A stretch of DNA of 48,666 bases, from positions 1 to 48,666 of the IMG/VR virus record IMGVR_UViG_3300030372_001947, one strand, 5' to 3'. The notes beneath the pieces were generated by a model that saw nothing but the letters and a program-made list of their open reading frames with translations, had not been told where the DNA came from and ran no database searches. Both the position numbers and the translations under genes were made by a program. Numbering within the stretch: position 1 is the first letter of the stretch; each line of letters begins with the position of its first letter. The DNA is from a virus (taxonomy: Duplodnaviria > Caudoviricetes). Positions 19,790-29,477 of this stretch are shown here, piece by piece.

Positions 19790-20188
19790 TTATTCATCTC
19801 CTTTTTCTTGTTCTTTTGAGTCTGCTATGAGTTCGTCAGTCTCTGCGACACCATCGGGACTCATAACTGTTGCTACTAATTCTAGTAATTTAGATTTAGT
19901 TGCATAACCATTCGGTTTTATATCATACTTGGCTAACCAAGCAAGAATATCTTTTCTTGACCATCCTTCGTCAGGAATTCCGTCATTACCTAAATCTTTA
20001 GTTTCTGTTGGTTTTTCGTATCCCTCAATGGTGAAATTGTCTCCTAGTCTATGACCCCATTGGTCAACCCATGCTGTAGTGACTTCCCTTTTTTCTCCCC
20101 TGATAAATTCAGGATGAGAAGGGTCTATGCATCTAACTGAGTATGACTTACCCCTGTAAGTTACTGTGGGCACAAAGAGCCACCTCAA
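19790..20188 (-). CDS. Protein with C-terminal SAP/HeH-like helix-extension-helix
   Basis: PDEGWSRKDILAWLAKYDIKPNGYATKSKLLELV. True start is probably the GTG of VPTVTY after a GAGGTGG RBS. Confidence 0.6.
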   Translation of the reverse strand: MRWLFVPTVTYRGKSYSVRCIDPSHPEFIRGEKREVTTAWVDQWGHRLGDNFTIEGYEKPTETKDLGNDGIPDEGWSRKDILAWLAKYDIKPNGYATKSKLLELVATVMSPDGVAETDELIADSKEQEKGDE

Positions 20189-20589
20189 CTGTAGAATACC
20201 AGCACTTGTCCGCTAGTTACTGAACCAGTTGCTTCTAGTGTGATGACTTTTCCGCTGAAAGAAAGACCTGCGGTCTGACCGTTGTTAGCAGTAAAGGTCG
20301 TCATAAACGCTCCTGTGATTGCACTGATGCCACCTGCAAGCGTTACTGTGTTGCTGTCTGCGATTGCTCCTAGAGTTAGGATAGCCATTTTGGGTGCCGG
20401 GTCATACCCGTTTGCACCATCGCTGTTGGAAGCATTGAATGTTCCCGGACCACCGCCCGGATAAGTTACGTCTGCTGCTCCATCTAAATATTCAGTTGTG
20501 TCTTGTGAACCCGCTCTGAGTTCCCAAGCGCCTGTTACTGCGGCTGTCAATGAGCCGCCTGCTGCTGTTGCTGTTAATTGTTCTGCCAT
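20185..20589 (-). CDS. Putative capsid decoration/cement protein
   Basis: 134 aa A/G/T-rich, directly after MCP, with a nearly identical translation-initiation region. Confidence 0.55.
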   Translation of the reverse strand: MAEQLTATAAGGSLTAAVTGAWELRAGSQDTTEYLDGAADVTYPGGGPGTFNASNSDGANGYDPAPKMAILTLGAIADSNTVTLAGGISAITGAFMTTFTANNGQTAGLSFSGKVITLEATGSVTSGQVLVFYS

Positions 20590-20624
20590 ATTTTTTCATC
20601 TCCTTTATTTTTTCTCCATTTTAT

Positions 20625-21791
20625 TCATTTCAAAGAACGGATTTGTCCTTGTGCTCCAAAGAAAGTTGTCCATACTTCTCCCATTGTTCTGTAAAGTCCT
20701 TCTTGACCTAGTCTGTTAATTGCGAATGGGTCACCAGTTTCAATTCCGCTTTCAAAGTATTGTGTTGGAATTGCTGTGCTGAAGTACATGTAATCTGTGT
20801 CTAATAAGTACATTCTACTTAGAGTATCTTTTTGTACATCCTTGGAAGGAATGATTGGTACTCCGTTATATGTAGCAACGATAAATCCTGCTTCAATACC
20901 CGGTACACCCTTTACTCCATTGTATGTAGGTGTTACTCTCTTTTCTTCCATAAATCTTTGTTGGGATTGTAGTAATTGTTGTAATCTCATTAAAGTGTCA
21001 TATCCTGTTAAGATAACTTTTGGATTACCTCCACGTTCCCAAACTCTTTGGAATAAATCATCTAAGTGGTCTAATGAAAGAACTCTATCAGTTGCTGTAT
21101 TACTTACAACATTATTACTCAATTCTGCATTTGACCAAGAGTTTGCACTTCTGCTAATACTGTAGATATCTAAGTCTGTATCAGCACTTAAATCACTGTG
21201 GAGATTATCCATACCAGTTTTTGCATTAGCGTCAGCAAGGAATGCTGCTGTGATTCTGTCAAGTGATTCATAGTTGTTACCTGCTGGTGTATCTGTATCT
21301 GTTAATAACATTTTGTTAATCATTTCTGCGTGGTGTTTACCCATTTCTTCTTTTAATACTGAACGGATGTCTCCCATACCATCATCCTTATCAGCAAGGA
21401 AGATTGCAGTTTCTGACATATCAAATGTGTGAGCAATTGTTTTTGGTTTTGCTGCTACATGTTGGAAAGTTGGTTTCACTGTTTCAGGTAGTGTTGCGTT
21501 TTCTGCTACTCCACCATGTAATGTACCTGCATTAGGTTTTGCAGTGATTACTCTCCATCCACTTCTATCCCAAGGTTTCTTAGGTAGAATGCTGAATGCA
21601 TTAAATTCTTGGTTTAATTGAGACCACACTTTTCGTCCATAAATTGCTTGGTATGTACCAGCAGTTGTAGACATCATTGGTGAGTCTGCTTTTAACAACT
21701 CGCTACCAGTGTATGTGTAGCCCATTGCATTTCCAGCGCCATAATAATAACGCTCCATATCTGTTACTGTTCTTACGTAATTTCTTGCCAT
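20625..21791 (-). CDS. Major capsid protein (HK97 fold)
   Basis: 388 aa from MARNY (ORF track starts at 21800, inside the RBS). Motifs GGVAENATLPET, RGGNPKVILTG, ATYNGVPIIPS, YLLDTDYM, GLYRTMGE. Directly after the prohead protease. Resembles halovirus/magrovirus MCPs from recall. Confidence 0.92.
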   Translation of the reverse strand: MARNYVRTVTDMERYYYGAGNAMGYTYTGSELLKADSPMMSTTAGTYQAIYGRKVWSQLNQEFNAFSILPKKPWDRSGWRVITAKPNAGTLHGGVAENATLPETVKPTFQHVAAKPKTIAHTFDMSETAIFLADKDDGMGDIRSVLKEEMGKHHAEMINKMLLTDTDTPAGNNYESLDRITAAFLADANAKTGMDNLHSDLSADTDLDIYSISRSANSWSNAELSNNVVSNTATDRVLSLDHLDDLFQRVWERGGNPKVILTGYDTLMRLQQLLQSQQRFMEEKRVTPTYNGVKGVPGIEAGFIVATYNGVPIIPSKDVQKDTLSRMYLLDTDYMYFSTAIPTQYFESGIETGDPFAINRLGQEGLYRTMGEVWTTFFGAQGQIRSLK

Positions 21792-21811
21792 ATTTTTCAT
21801 CTCCTTTATTT
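21786..21811 (-). promoter_or_regulatory. Duplicated translation initiation region AAATAAAGGAGATGAAAAA(A)TATGGCA (second copy 20584-20610)
   Basis: Near-identical 26/27-nt sequences upstream of MCP and the next gene. GGAGATGA has one mismatch to the archaeal SD GGAGGTGA. Confidence 0.75.
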
Positions 21812-21814
21812 AAT

Positions 21815-23248
21815 TTAATCTCCTCTAAAAACACTACCTGCTAATTGGTGTACTTCTTCCCAAGACATGTTTGCCATATCAGGTGTTGATGGTACTACAA
21901 CATCGCTTGTAGGTACTCCTACTGATTTTTGGAGTGTTACACTTTCATCAGAACCAATGTTATCGATTCTTTCTGATAATGAACTAATTGCTTTTTGAAT
22001 TTCACCAAGTGGTCCACGAGCATCGAATGCTGCTGCTTCTGCTTGTTGATATTCTTGTGTGATTTCTTGGTGGTATCTACCTTCGAATTGTTTTTCTAAT
22101 GTAGCACGGAATTCCTCTTCTCTTTTTGCTGCTTTGTAAACTTCATATGCATTCTCTATTTGAGAACCGTCTACATCACTTGGTACTAAGAATTGTGATT
22201 TTTCTACTGCTCCATCTTTTTTACCTTTTCCACTGTTTAATTTACCAACAGCGTTTACTGAAGGGTTACCACCTTCTTGAACACGTCCGGGTGCTTGTCC
22301 AGCGAAGTAACTTCCTCCATCTCCAATTGATTCAGGAGAAGACCCTAAATTTGCTTTAGCAAGGTCATCAAAGTGGTTTCTTGCACCATCTATGTCTACT
22401 CCTGCTCCTTTTAGAGTGTTTTCCATCCAGTCAAGATATTCGGATGTGATAACGTCAGAATATTCATCAGATTTCTTTTTGTCATCTTTATTCTTTTTAT
22501 CATCGTCCATAGCATGAACACCTTTGTCCATTTTATCGTCTGTTGTTTCTGTTGTTTCTGTTTCTTCGCCTTCTTTCTTGCCTTTCTTTTTATCCATTTG
22601 GTGCCTTTTCAAGCCCTCGGGGATTTCTCCTTTTTCCATGGAGTCTAATCGACCTTCAAGACGACTTAATACGTCTGTCATTTGTTCCATTACATCATCA
22701 GTCATTTTTTTCACCTTATTGTTTTTTTTATCTTCTTTTAGTATTCTAAATGTTGCTTCGGGATTTATCCCTTTTTCGCAGATTGTGATTTCGTGAAGTT
22801 CGAGTTTGCTTATTTCTTGGTAATCTCCGTGTTTTGCATCACTTTTTCTTACCCGCTTGAATGCTTGTCCTCCTATGCTGAATCCTCTTAGACTTCCTTT
22901 TCTGATTTCTGCTGCGACTTCTCTAGCCTTTTCAATATCAGTTCTAAGATTAACAACGACAAACATTCCTGCGTCATCAACTTCGCTCTTCCATAACCTC
23001 CCTTCACTATCTGTATAACTTGGAATCACTTCACCGACTTGTATATTTGAATGCGCTAGTTGCACGTTTCGGTATTTTGGTTCCTCCATGTATTTTTTGA
23101 ATGCTTCTTTTAACGCTTTGCGGGTTATCATATCTCCTTGTTTATCTACTAACTCCACTGAGGCATATCCTGCGACAATGAGGTCATTACTAGATTTAAG
23201 CAATTGGATATTGCTATCTGCACTGGTTTGTCGAAGCACACTAGTCAC
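21815..23248 (-). CDS. HK97-type prohead protease fused to scaffolding domain
   Basis: IVAGYASVELVDKQGD, QLAHS (His), RGFSIGG (Ser), LELHEITICEKGINPEA, then a charged coiled-coil scaffold. Start is likely GTG at 23239 after AGGTGA. Confidence 0.92.
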   Translation of the reverse strand: MTSVLRQTSADSNIQLLKSSNDLIVAGYASVELVDKQGDMITRKALKEAFKKYMEEPKYRNVQLAHSNIQVGEVIPSYTDSEGRLWKSEVDDAGMFVVVNLRTDIEKAREVAAEIRKGSLRGFSIGGQAFKRVRKSDAKHGDYQEISKLELHEITICEKGINPEATFRILKEDKKNNKVKKMTDDVMEQMTDVLSRLEGRLDSMEKGEIPEGLKRHQMDKKKGKKEGEETETTETTDDKMDKGVHAMDDDKKNKDDKKKSDEYSDVITSEYLDWMENTLKGAGVDIDGARNHFDDLAKANLGSSPESIGDGGSYFAGQAPGRVQEGGNPSVNAVGKLNSGKGKKDGAVEKSQFLVPSDVDGSQIENAYEVYKAAKREEEFRATLEKQFEGRYHQEITQEYQQAEAAAFDARGPLGEIQKAISSLSERIDNIGSDESVTLQKSVGVPTSDVVVPSTPDMANMSWEEVHQLAGSVFRGD

Positions 23249-23265
23249 CTGTTCGCTTGTTTACC

Positions 23266-23280
23266 TATATTAATAAAGCG
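23266..23280 (-). promoter_or_regulatory. Putative archaeal TATA box (CGCTTTATTAATATA) for the protease-capsid operon
   Basis: TTTATTAA about 30-35 nt upstream of the likely start codon, in a short intergenic gap. Confidence 0.45.
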
Positions 23281-23307
23281 GCATTGACTCTCCTTTTATT
23301 TTTATTC

Positions 23308-26300
23308 CTAAACGCTAGACTGCTCTGCATTTTTATCTTTCTTTTTCTTATTTTTCATATGAGGGTACTCTTTCTCGGGGTCTTCGGTTGGGCGGTCTAA
23401 CATGTCCCAGTCAGGCATACTTTGTTCTGCGGTGAGTTCCGTGGGGCCTCTAGGGGACTCTATTTGTGCCCCCACATCTATACCTAACCCACGGGCACCT
23501 GTGGTATTGAACATCTGTTCTTTTTCAACTCTATCGAATAAATCAACTATTTTTTCTAAAGCCTTAACCATAGTTTTTAGTTTCTCTTCATCTTTAGGTT
23601 TCATAACATTATCTTCGGCATCGGCGTCTATGATACCCGCTGAGTTATCTTCTGACTGTTTTCTATTCTTTTCCTCTGCCATAGAGCGTGGCTTACTGGT
23701 TACTCCTTTTCTTAATAAAGCAACAGCGGTTGACCACACGGGTCTAAGACTTTCTGCTAATCTCATAGAATAGTTATTTTTCTTTAAATCGCCTAAAGCG
23801 GAACGAGGAGAATGAATCCATGTACCCGATTGTACCTCGTCCATTTTATACACAACATCATCTATTTCATTAAATGAAATTTTAAGTTTATTACCATCTA
23901 TTTCTAAGTCGTAAGGAACTTGTATGACTGGGTGTGATTTAGCGAGTAATCCTAAAGTTTCTAAACTAGCAGGACTTTCAATATCACTTTCTCCTTTAAT
24001 TTTAGACATAGTAACATCATAAATTACTCGACCATTTTTCTTTTTCTCTTTAACACCTGATACAGATACAGATATTATATCCCCCTCTTGGAAAGGTTTA
24101 GGACTTTTTACAGTACCCACATCAAGATAAAAATCATCTTCATATTCTACACCTCTGTTTCCGAGATTATCTTCATCAACGGGTCCCGCTCCTAATCTAT
24201 AAGTGTAAGGTCCTTTACCTCTAACATCTAATATAATGAAAGATATATCTTTATTTTTTCTCAGTAAGAACCATTTAGGGTGTCTTCTTTCTCCTTTCAT
24301 GTAAGTAGATTTAATATCTCTAAGTAATAATTGAGGATATGTTTTTTGTAAATCTGTAACAATTAAATCTAAACCTTCCTCGTCTGTAATACGGGTATTA
24401 TGTGGACCGGGGACTAATACATGCTCATGACTATCGAATTGTCCCCTTAAAATTTTAAGCCTTTCAGACGTAGCCATATCAGCAACCGTTGTACCATCAT
24501 ATTCTATGATATCAAAAATATGTATTTCATCTTTAGTTTTGATAGCGTCCACGATATAATTTCTTTCACATAGTGCTTTTAGTTGTTTGATATCCTCGCC
24601 CGATAAAGATACATCATTCCCGTTTTCATCATGAGCAGAGATTTTGTATCTTTTCTTTTCTATTAACATTCTTTGACCATCATAATAATGGGTTACCACC
24701 CATCCTCCGCTAAAACCTCTTAAGCACTCAAAATCTTTTGTTGTAAAGATTCTATGCATAGGTAATATAGGTGGAGGCTTTGTTTTATCTGTTTTTAACA
24801 AAGCATCAGGGTTCATCATCACCATTAATGTTTCACTGGGGTCGCTAGTTGATATGTCAGTTGAAATGCTTCCAGTACTACTATCAACTCCGATATCATG
24901 CCTAGATTCACCCATAACATCAGGTCCATAATAATTAGTTGTAATTATGGGTGCTTCGAAACCTGATGATAAAAATTGATTTACTGCGTCTTTTCCAAAT
25001 ACATCTTCCATTTGTTCTTGAGAAGGAGTATGTAAAAACTGCTCAAACTGTTGAGTGCCCACCACTGGTTTACCCCCACTGAATTCAAATCCTATAGTGG
25101 GAACTCTACCACCATATCCCGTATTCATCATACCACCATTATAGTAAGCCCCCACGGTGGCACTAGAGTCTGCTCTATTGGCGGGCCCTATTGGTACATT
25201 ATCCATAAATTTGGGTTTATTTACCATCGAGCCTTCCATCACAACGTTATCTGTCTCAGTAACCGCATCAGGATTCAATACAACCATACCGTGTGCGTGC
25301 GCTTTTGCCTGTTTAATAGGTGTTTTAATTTCACCCTTTTCTCCTGTGCCTTTTATTTTATCCCTAGCAAATGTGTTTTCGTCAAAACCATGAAAAGATA
25401 AACCGTAAGGCTCAAACTGATTTTTAACAGCATTACGTAAAAAATGTGGAATCATAGAAATATCTTTGAAATATTTACTTTGAGCAAACCCACCTTTGCT
25501 ACTTTTTCTGTTCATGAATCTTCTTCTTTCATCCTCATCCATGCCTTCTAACTGCTCTTTTCTCTTTTCATCAAATTTATCGTATAAACCATCTATATGT
25601 TCATGATGATTTTCAATTTCGGTATATTCAGAAAAATTTTGTCTAGGATGTATAGGTAACCCCGTGCTCATAATTTGAGCATTAGTTAAAACTCTGAATG
25701 GTCTATCAGAATATTTGTCTGCTAATTCTCTGATATGCTTGATATGAATATTATCGTTAGGTAAATTAAGAGCAGAAAGAATGGTTTCAACACCCTCATT
25801 ACTACTAACAGAATCGGGGTCTATTTCTACACCCATGTGTTGTAACACTTTTTGTAATGTGTGATGAGGATTGACGCCTTCTAAACCTTCAGATATACTT
25901 TTATCCCTTTCTTTATAATCACCATTATAACCATATGTGGTGAGTTTATGATAATCATGTGGTAATATCTTCAATCCACGGTTAGCATCGTAAAATAATC
26001 TAGCAACATTATCACTAAATTTTTGAGGATTATCGGGGTTAAAAGCATCAGGGTCTTTTTCTAATGCTAAAGGCGCTAGTAGTTTAGCCATTTCTGTTAT
26101 AGCATTTAAATCTGCAATTTCTGCCTTTTCGATTTCACGTTGCATTCGATGTTCTTTAGCACTATCGGGTTGAAGAGATTGAATTTCTTTTAATTGTTTT
26201 TTCTGTTCAAGGTATTCTAATTCTTCTTTGAATTTCTTTAATTCTTCTTCTGATAATTTTTCACCCACCACTGTGTTACCACTAGGAAGGGCTGTATCAG

Positions 26301-28869
26301 GCTTTTTACCATTGTTAATTATTTCGTCTAAAACTGTCATTCTTTCTATTTCAGCATCAGTAAATCCGACCTCTCTCCTTTTACTTCTTTCAGCAGTTCC
26401 TTTTGTACCAGCAGTATGACCTTGTCCTAATCTATATTCTAAGACACTATCCCCATGTGCTAAATTATCGGGATGCTTATCATAATCACTGTATTTTAAA
26501 TATTTTTTAGAAAATGGTTTATGGGGAGGATGATGTCTACCAAGAGTGGTTATTCTTCTAAAAGCAATTCTTGCTTTATTTTCAGTGTTAGCAAGTGGCC
26601 TTCCTTTACTCCCTATTGCGGTTAAAGGGTTTGTGCTGAAATAGGTTCCAACTGTATTGCCATCAATACCCCTCCGTACGGCTCCTCTTTTATCTTTGAC
26701 ACCAGTAAAATTTTGAAAATCACCATCACCCCAGTTAGCAACCTTGTTCGACCAACGTGGGAATTTAGAGGTCATACCATGTGTTGTGTTGTTCTTTAAA
26801 GTTCGAGGTCTACCTGTCGCTTTACCATTTACTAAATCTACAGGACTAGAGTGATTATATTGAGATATTATACTTTTAGGGTTGGAATATCTTAGAATAT
26901 CACCTTTTGTTTGTTCTTCGGGTATTACGTGTCCGAACAAACCAATTGTTTCGGGGTTACCTTCAAACATCCCTCTTGGGTCATCGGCGTTAACTCTACC
27001 TAGAATACTAAAACCATCTTTATTTTTAGGTAAAGTATCATGCCAATTTTTTAAACCATTAGCCCAATTTCTACCATGCCCCCCTAAAAAATGATGAGCA
27101 TTTTCGAAAGCCTCTCCTAAACCAACTCTTTGACCGTCTTTAATTCTCCAAAGATGTTTTTCATCATCAGGTATATCTTCTTCCTTAGGTCCATTAGAAC
27201 CACCGAATATTTGATTGTGAGCATTTCTAATCGGTTTAGCCATACCCAAAGAGCCCGCTTTCTTACTAGCAGAATCAAGTATCTCTTTCAAATGTTCTTG
27301 ACTCAATAAAGGCTCTTTAAAATTAGTGAATAAGTCGTGTTCGCCCAATACATCGTTTGTCTCAGAGTCATAACCTAAAAATCTTTTAAAATCATCTATA
27401 CTCAATTGATTATTATTACTATCAGAATCTTTATCTCTAAAACTCGTAGGTCCACCGTATTTTTTTACTGAACTTTTATCCATAGCAGGTAAATGTTCTA
27501 GGCCATGTTCCTGTTTTAAATCTCTTAATTCTTTTTCAGCGTCATATTCCTCGTTGGGGGATAATGATTTACTTTTTAGTTGCTCTTCCAAATTTTTAAT
27601 TCTTTTACTGTGGTCTTTAAATCCCAGTAATTGATTAGTTTTACCTAATAAATTAGCATACTCGGGGTGTTCCATTATAACATCTTTTAAAACATACCGA
27701 GTGTGAGCATCCATCCCACCTTCTACATCTTTATCTATATCCTCAACTGTGGTGTTCATATTAGGGCCGTGTTTACCTTCATCTCTTGTATAATGATTCT
27801 TAATCGCTTGAAGCCTCATTTTTGTATCGTTTTTAATCCTACCTATATTGACACGCTCTCCGTTAGATAATTTAATAATCTGAGCCTCGTTAGAATCACT
27901 ACCTTTTTCATGTAGGTGTTTATGAATTTCATATCTTTCTTTAGGGTCTCTAAATTCTAAACCGTGTAAATAGTCTTCGAAGCCTAATCCCTTTTTAACA
28001 GGTTTTTTTTGATAATATTCAGGCGGAAAATCTCCACCACCCTCTAGTGCTAATTCTACTTTTTCTTTATCAGAGAGAGTTTCTAAAGGGTCGATTTGAA
28101 AATGAGTTTCATCTGATTCCCATTCATTTATACGGGTGTGGTCAAAATGTGCCTTTCTTAATTCTAAATCTTGTATATCCTCGTTTGAATATTTTTCTTT
28201 TATCTCTTCTACTTGTTCTTTGTTATCAGGATTTTCTTTCCAATTGTTAAAATGTTGATTGTATATTTCATGTAAAGATTTACCTATTTTACCCGAGTAA
28301 GGATATTTTTTTACTTTATTAATTGTAAATATACCTGTGTAAAAAGGGTTTTGTTTATTGGTATGATGATTTTCATGGTTTTTTTCTATTTCAGCATATT
28401 CCTCCGCTAAACTTTTTTCACCCGGTGAGCGGGGTAAATAAAAACTATACAACATTTCATCTCTAGCGGTTCTACCCGTTACTATATTTTTAATCAATAA
28501 AGGGTCATGTAATTCATGCCAATTATTAGCATCATTATAATGACCACCCTCTACATTTTCAAAAGAAGGTTTACTACCGCTCATTTCGTGTATTTTTCTT
28601 TCTATTCCTCTACCATCCCATACTTGATTAGGAGCAATTCGTAATTCATCTCCTGCTTCAAAATCTGCTTTAGATTTAGAAACTGCTTTACAAACTAAAT
28701 CTTCCCAAGTGTTATCAAAATTACCATAGCCTTGTCTTTCTAGGTTTTCTAATGCTAAGTTATAATATGCTACATTATTTTCAAAATCTAATCCATCGTA
28801 AATAGATTTTATTAAATCATACCTGTGTCTTTTATAGACATCTATAGCATCTTCTCGCATTTTATTCAC
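23308..28869 (-). CDS. 1853-aa putative internal head protein with C-terminal degenerate ATP-dependent DNA ligase fold (adenylation + OB domains)
   Basis: C-terminal GWVVTHYYDGQRMLI (motif I lacking Lys), YIVDAI, IHIFDII, SERLKIL, LLLRDIKSTYMKGERRHPKW, DISFIIL...YRLG...LDVGTV. N-terminal ~1350 aa unrecognised. Confidence 0.75.
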   Translation of the reverse strand: MNKMREDAIDVYKRHRYDLIKSIYDGLDFENNVAYYNLALENLERQGYGNFDNTWEDLVCKAVSKSKADFEAGDELRIAPNQVWDGRGIERKIHEMSGSKPSFENVEGGHYNDANNWHELHDPLLIKNIVTGRTARDEMLYSFYLPRSPGEKSLAEEYAEIEKNHENHHTNKQNPFYTGIFTINKVKKYPYSGKIGKSLHEIYNQHFNNWKENPDNKEQVEEIKEKYSNEDIQDLELRKAHFDHTRINEWESDETHFQIDPLETLSDKEKVELALEGGGDFPPEYYQKKPVKKGLGFEDYLHGLEFRDPKERYEIHKHLHEKGSDSNEAQIIKLSNGERVNIGRIKNDTKMRLQAIKNHYTRDEGKHGPNMNTTVEDIDKDVEGGMDAHTRYVLKDVIMEHPEYANLLGKTNQLLGFKDHSKRIKNLEEQLKSKSLSPNEEYDAEKELRDLKQEHGLEHLPAMDKSSVKKYGGPTSFRDKDSDSNNNQLSIDDFKRFLGYDSETNDVLGEHDLFTNFKEPLLSQEHLKEILDSASKKAGSLGMAKPIRNAHNQIFGGSNGPKEEDIPDDEKHLWRIKDGQRVGLGEAFENAHHFLGGHGRNWANGLKNWHDTLPKNKDGFSILGRVNADDPRGMFEGNPETIGLFGHVIPEEQTKGDILRYSNPKSIISQYNHSSPVDLVNGKATGRPRTLKNNTTHGMTSKFPRWSNKVANWGDGDFQNFTGVKDKRGAVRRGIDGNTVGTYFSTNPLTAIGSKGRPLANTENKARIAFRRITTLGRHHPPHKPFSKKYLKYSDYDKHPDNLAHGDSVLEYRLGQGHTAGTKGTAERSKRREVGFTDAEIERMTVLDEIINNGKKPDTALPSGNTVVGEKLSEEELKKFKEELEYLEQKKQLKEIQSLQPDSAKEHRMQREIEKAEIADLNAITEMAKLLAPLALEKDPDAFNPDNPQKFSDNVARLFYDANRGLKILPHDYHKLTTYGYNGDYKERDKSISEGLEGVNPHHTLQKVLQHMGVEIDPDSVSSNEGVETILSALNLPNDNIHIKHIRELADKYSDRPFRVLTNAQIMSTGLPIHPRQNFSEYTEIENHHEHIDGLYDKFDEKRKEQLEGMDEDERRRFMNRKSSKGGFAQSKYFKDISMIPHFLRNAVKNQFEPYGLSFHGFDENTFARDKIKGTGEKGEIKTPIKQAKAHAHGMVVLNPDAVTETDNVVMEGSMVNKPKFMDNVPIGPANRADSSATVGAYYNGGMMNTGYGGRVPTIGFEFSGGKPVVGTQQFEQFLHTPSQEQMEDVFGKDAVNQFLSSGFEAPIITTNYYGPDVMGESRHDIGVDSSTGSISTDISTSDPSETLMVMMNPDALLKTDKTKPPPILPMHRIFTTKDFECLRGFSGGWVVTHYYDGQRMLIEKKRYKISAHDENGNDVSLSGEDIKQLKALCERNYIVDAIKTKDEIHIFDIIEYDGTTVADMATSERLKILRGQFDSHEHVLVPGPHNTRITDEEGLDLIVTDLQKTYPQLLLRDIKSTYMKGERRHPKWFLLRKNKDISFIILDVRGKGPYTYRLGAGPVDEDNLGNRGVEYEDDFYLDVGTVKSPKPFQEGDIISVSVSGVKEKKKNGRVIYDVTMSKIKGESDIESPASLETLGLLAKSHPVIQVPYDLEIDGNKLKISFNEIDDVVYKMDEVQSGTWIHSPRSALGDLKKNNYSMRLAESLRPVWSTAVALLRKGVTSKPRSMAEEKNRKQSEDNSAGIIDADAEDNVMKPKDEEKLKTMVKALEKIVDLFDRVEKEQMFNTTGARGLGIDVGAQIESPRGPTELTAEQSMPDWDMLDRPTEDPEKEYPHMKNKKKKDKNAEQSSV

Positions 28870-28871
28870 CC

Positions 28872-29477
28872 CTAATAAGGTGAATTATCTGACTTACTAA
28901 TTTTACCTTCTACATCTAACCTATCTGCACCGCCACCTTCGTGTGGATTCATTTGTGATGCTAAAGTTTGTAAATTTACAGATGAAGACGAGGCACCTTT
29001 ATTAGCAACGTCTTGGCTATCTAATAAATGTTGATTTGTTGTATAATAAGCACTTCTTGTTTGTCCACCTGATTCTACTACAAACATATTTTCTTGAGGA
29101 TTTGTGTTGTAGGATGTAGTATATTCAGGTTGTGCTTTTTCCATTTTACCACTGTACATCTTACAGCCCATTTTCATGCATCCCATTTTATTCATTCCTT
29201 CTCCACACTCAGGACATTTTTTTGCCTTCTCTATTCTTCCACCACAGTGACAATGCATTTTGTTTACTTTACAAGATGGGCACTTCTTGCTACCTTCTCC
29301 CTTTTCTTTCAAGTCTTTTTTACCCCTACCATCAGCAGCGAAAGCGGGAACTTGCTTTCCTTCGTGTTCAACCATTTCTAATTTCTTTTCGATTGTATCG
29401 ATACGTTCAATCATAAATTGTGCTTTGTTCATTAGGTCTAGTGCTTCTTTACTTATTGGTGATGATATTGGTTTCAT
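28872..29477 (-). CDS. Hypothetical head-module protein with Cys-rich repeats
   Basis: KKCPSC...HCHC and KKCPEC...C...C units each closed by EKA; GKQVPAFAADG motif. Confidence 0.7.
   Translation of the reverse strand: MKPISSPISKEALDLMNKAQFMIERIDTIEKKLEMVEHEGKQVPAFAADGRGKKDLKEKGEGSKKCPSCKVNKMHCHCGGRIEKAKKCPECGEGMNKMGCMKMGCKMYSGKMEKAQPEYTTSYNTNPQENMFVVESGGQTRSAYYTTNQHLLDSQDVANKGASSSSVNLQTLASQMNPHEGGGADRLDVEGKISKSDNSPY

Noticed and set aside
23930-24790. Functional DNA ligase call
   Set aside because: The catalytic Lys and several other nucleotidyltransferase motif residues are substituted.
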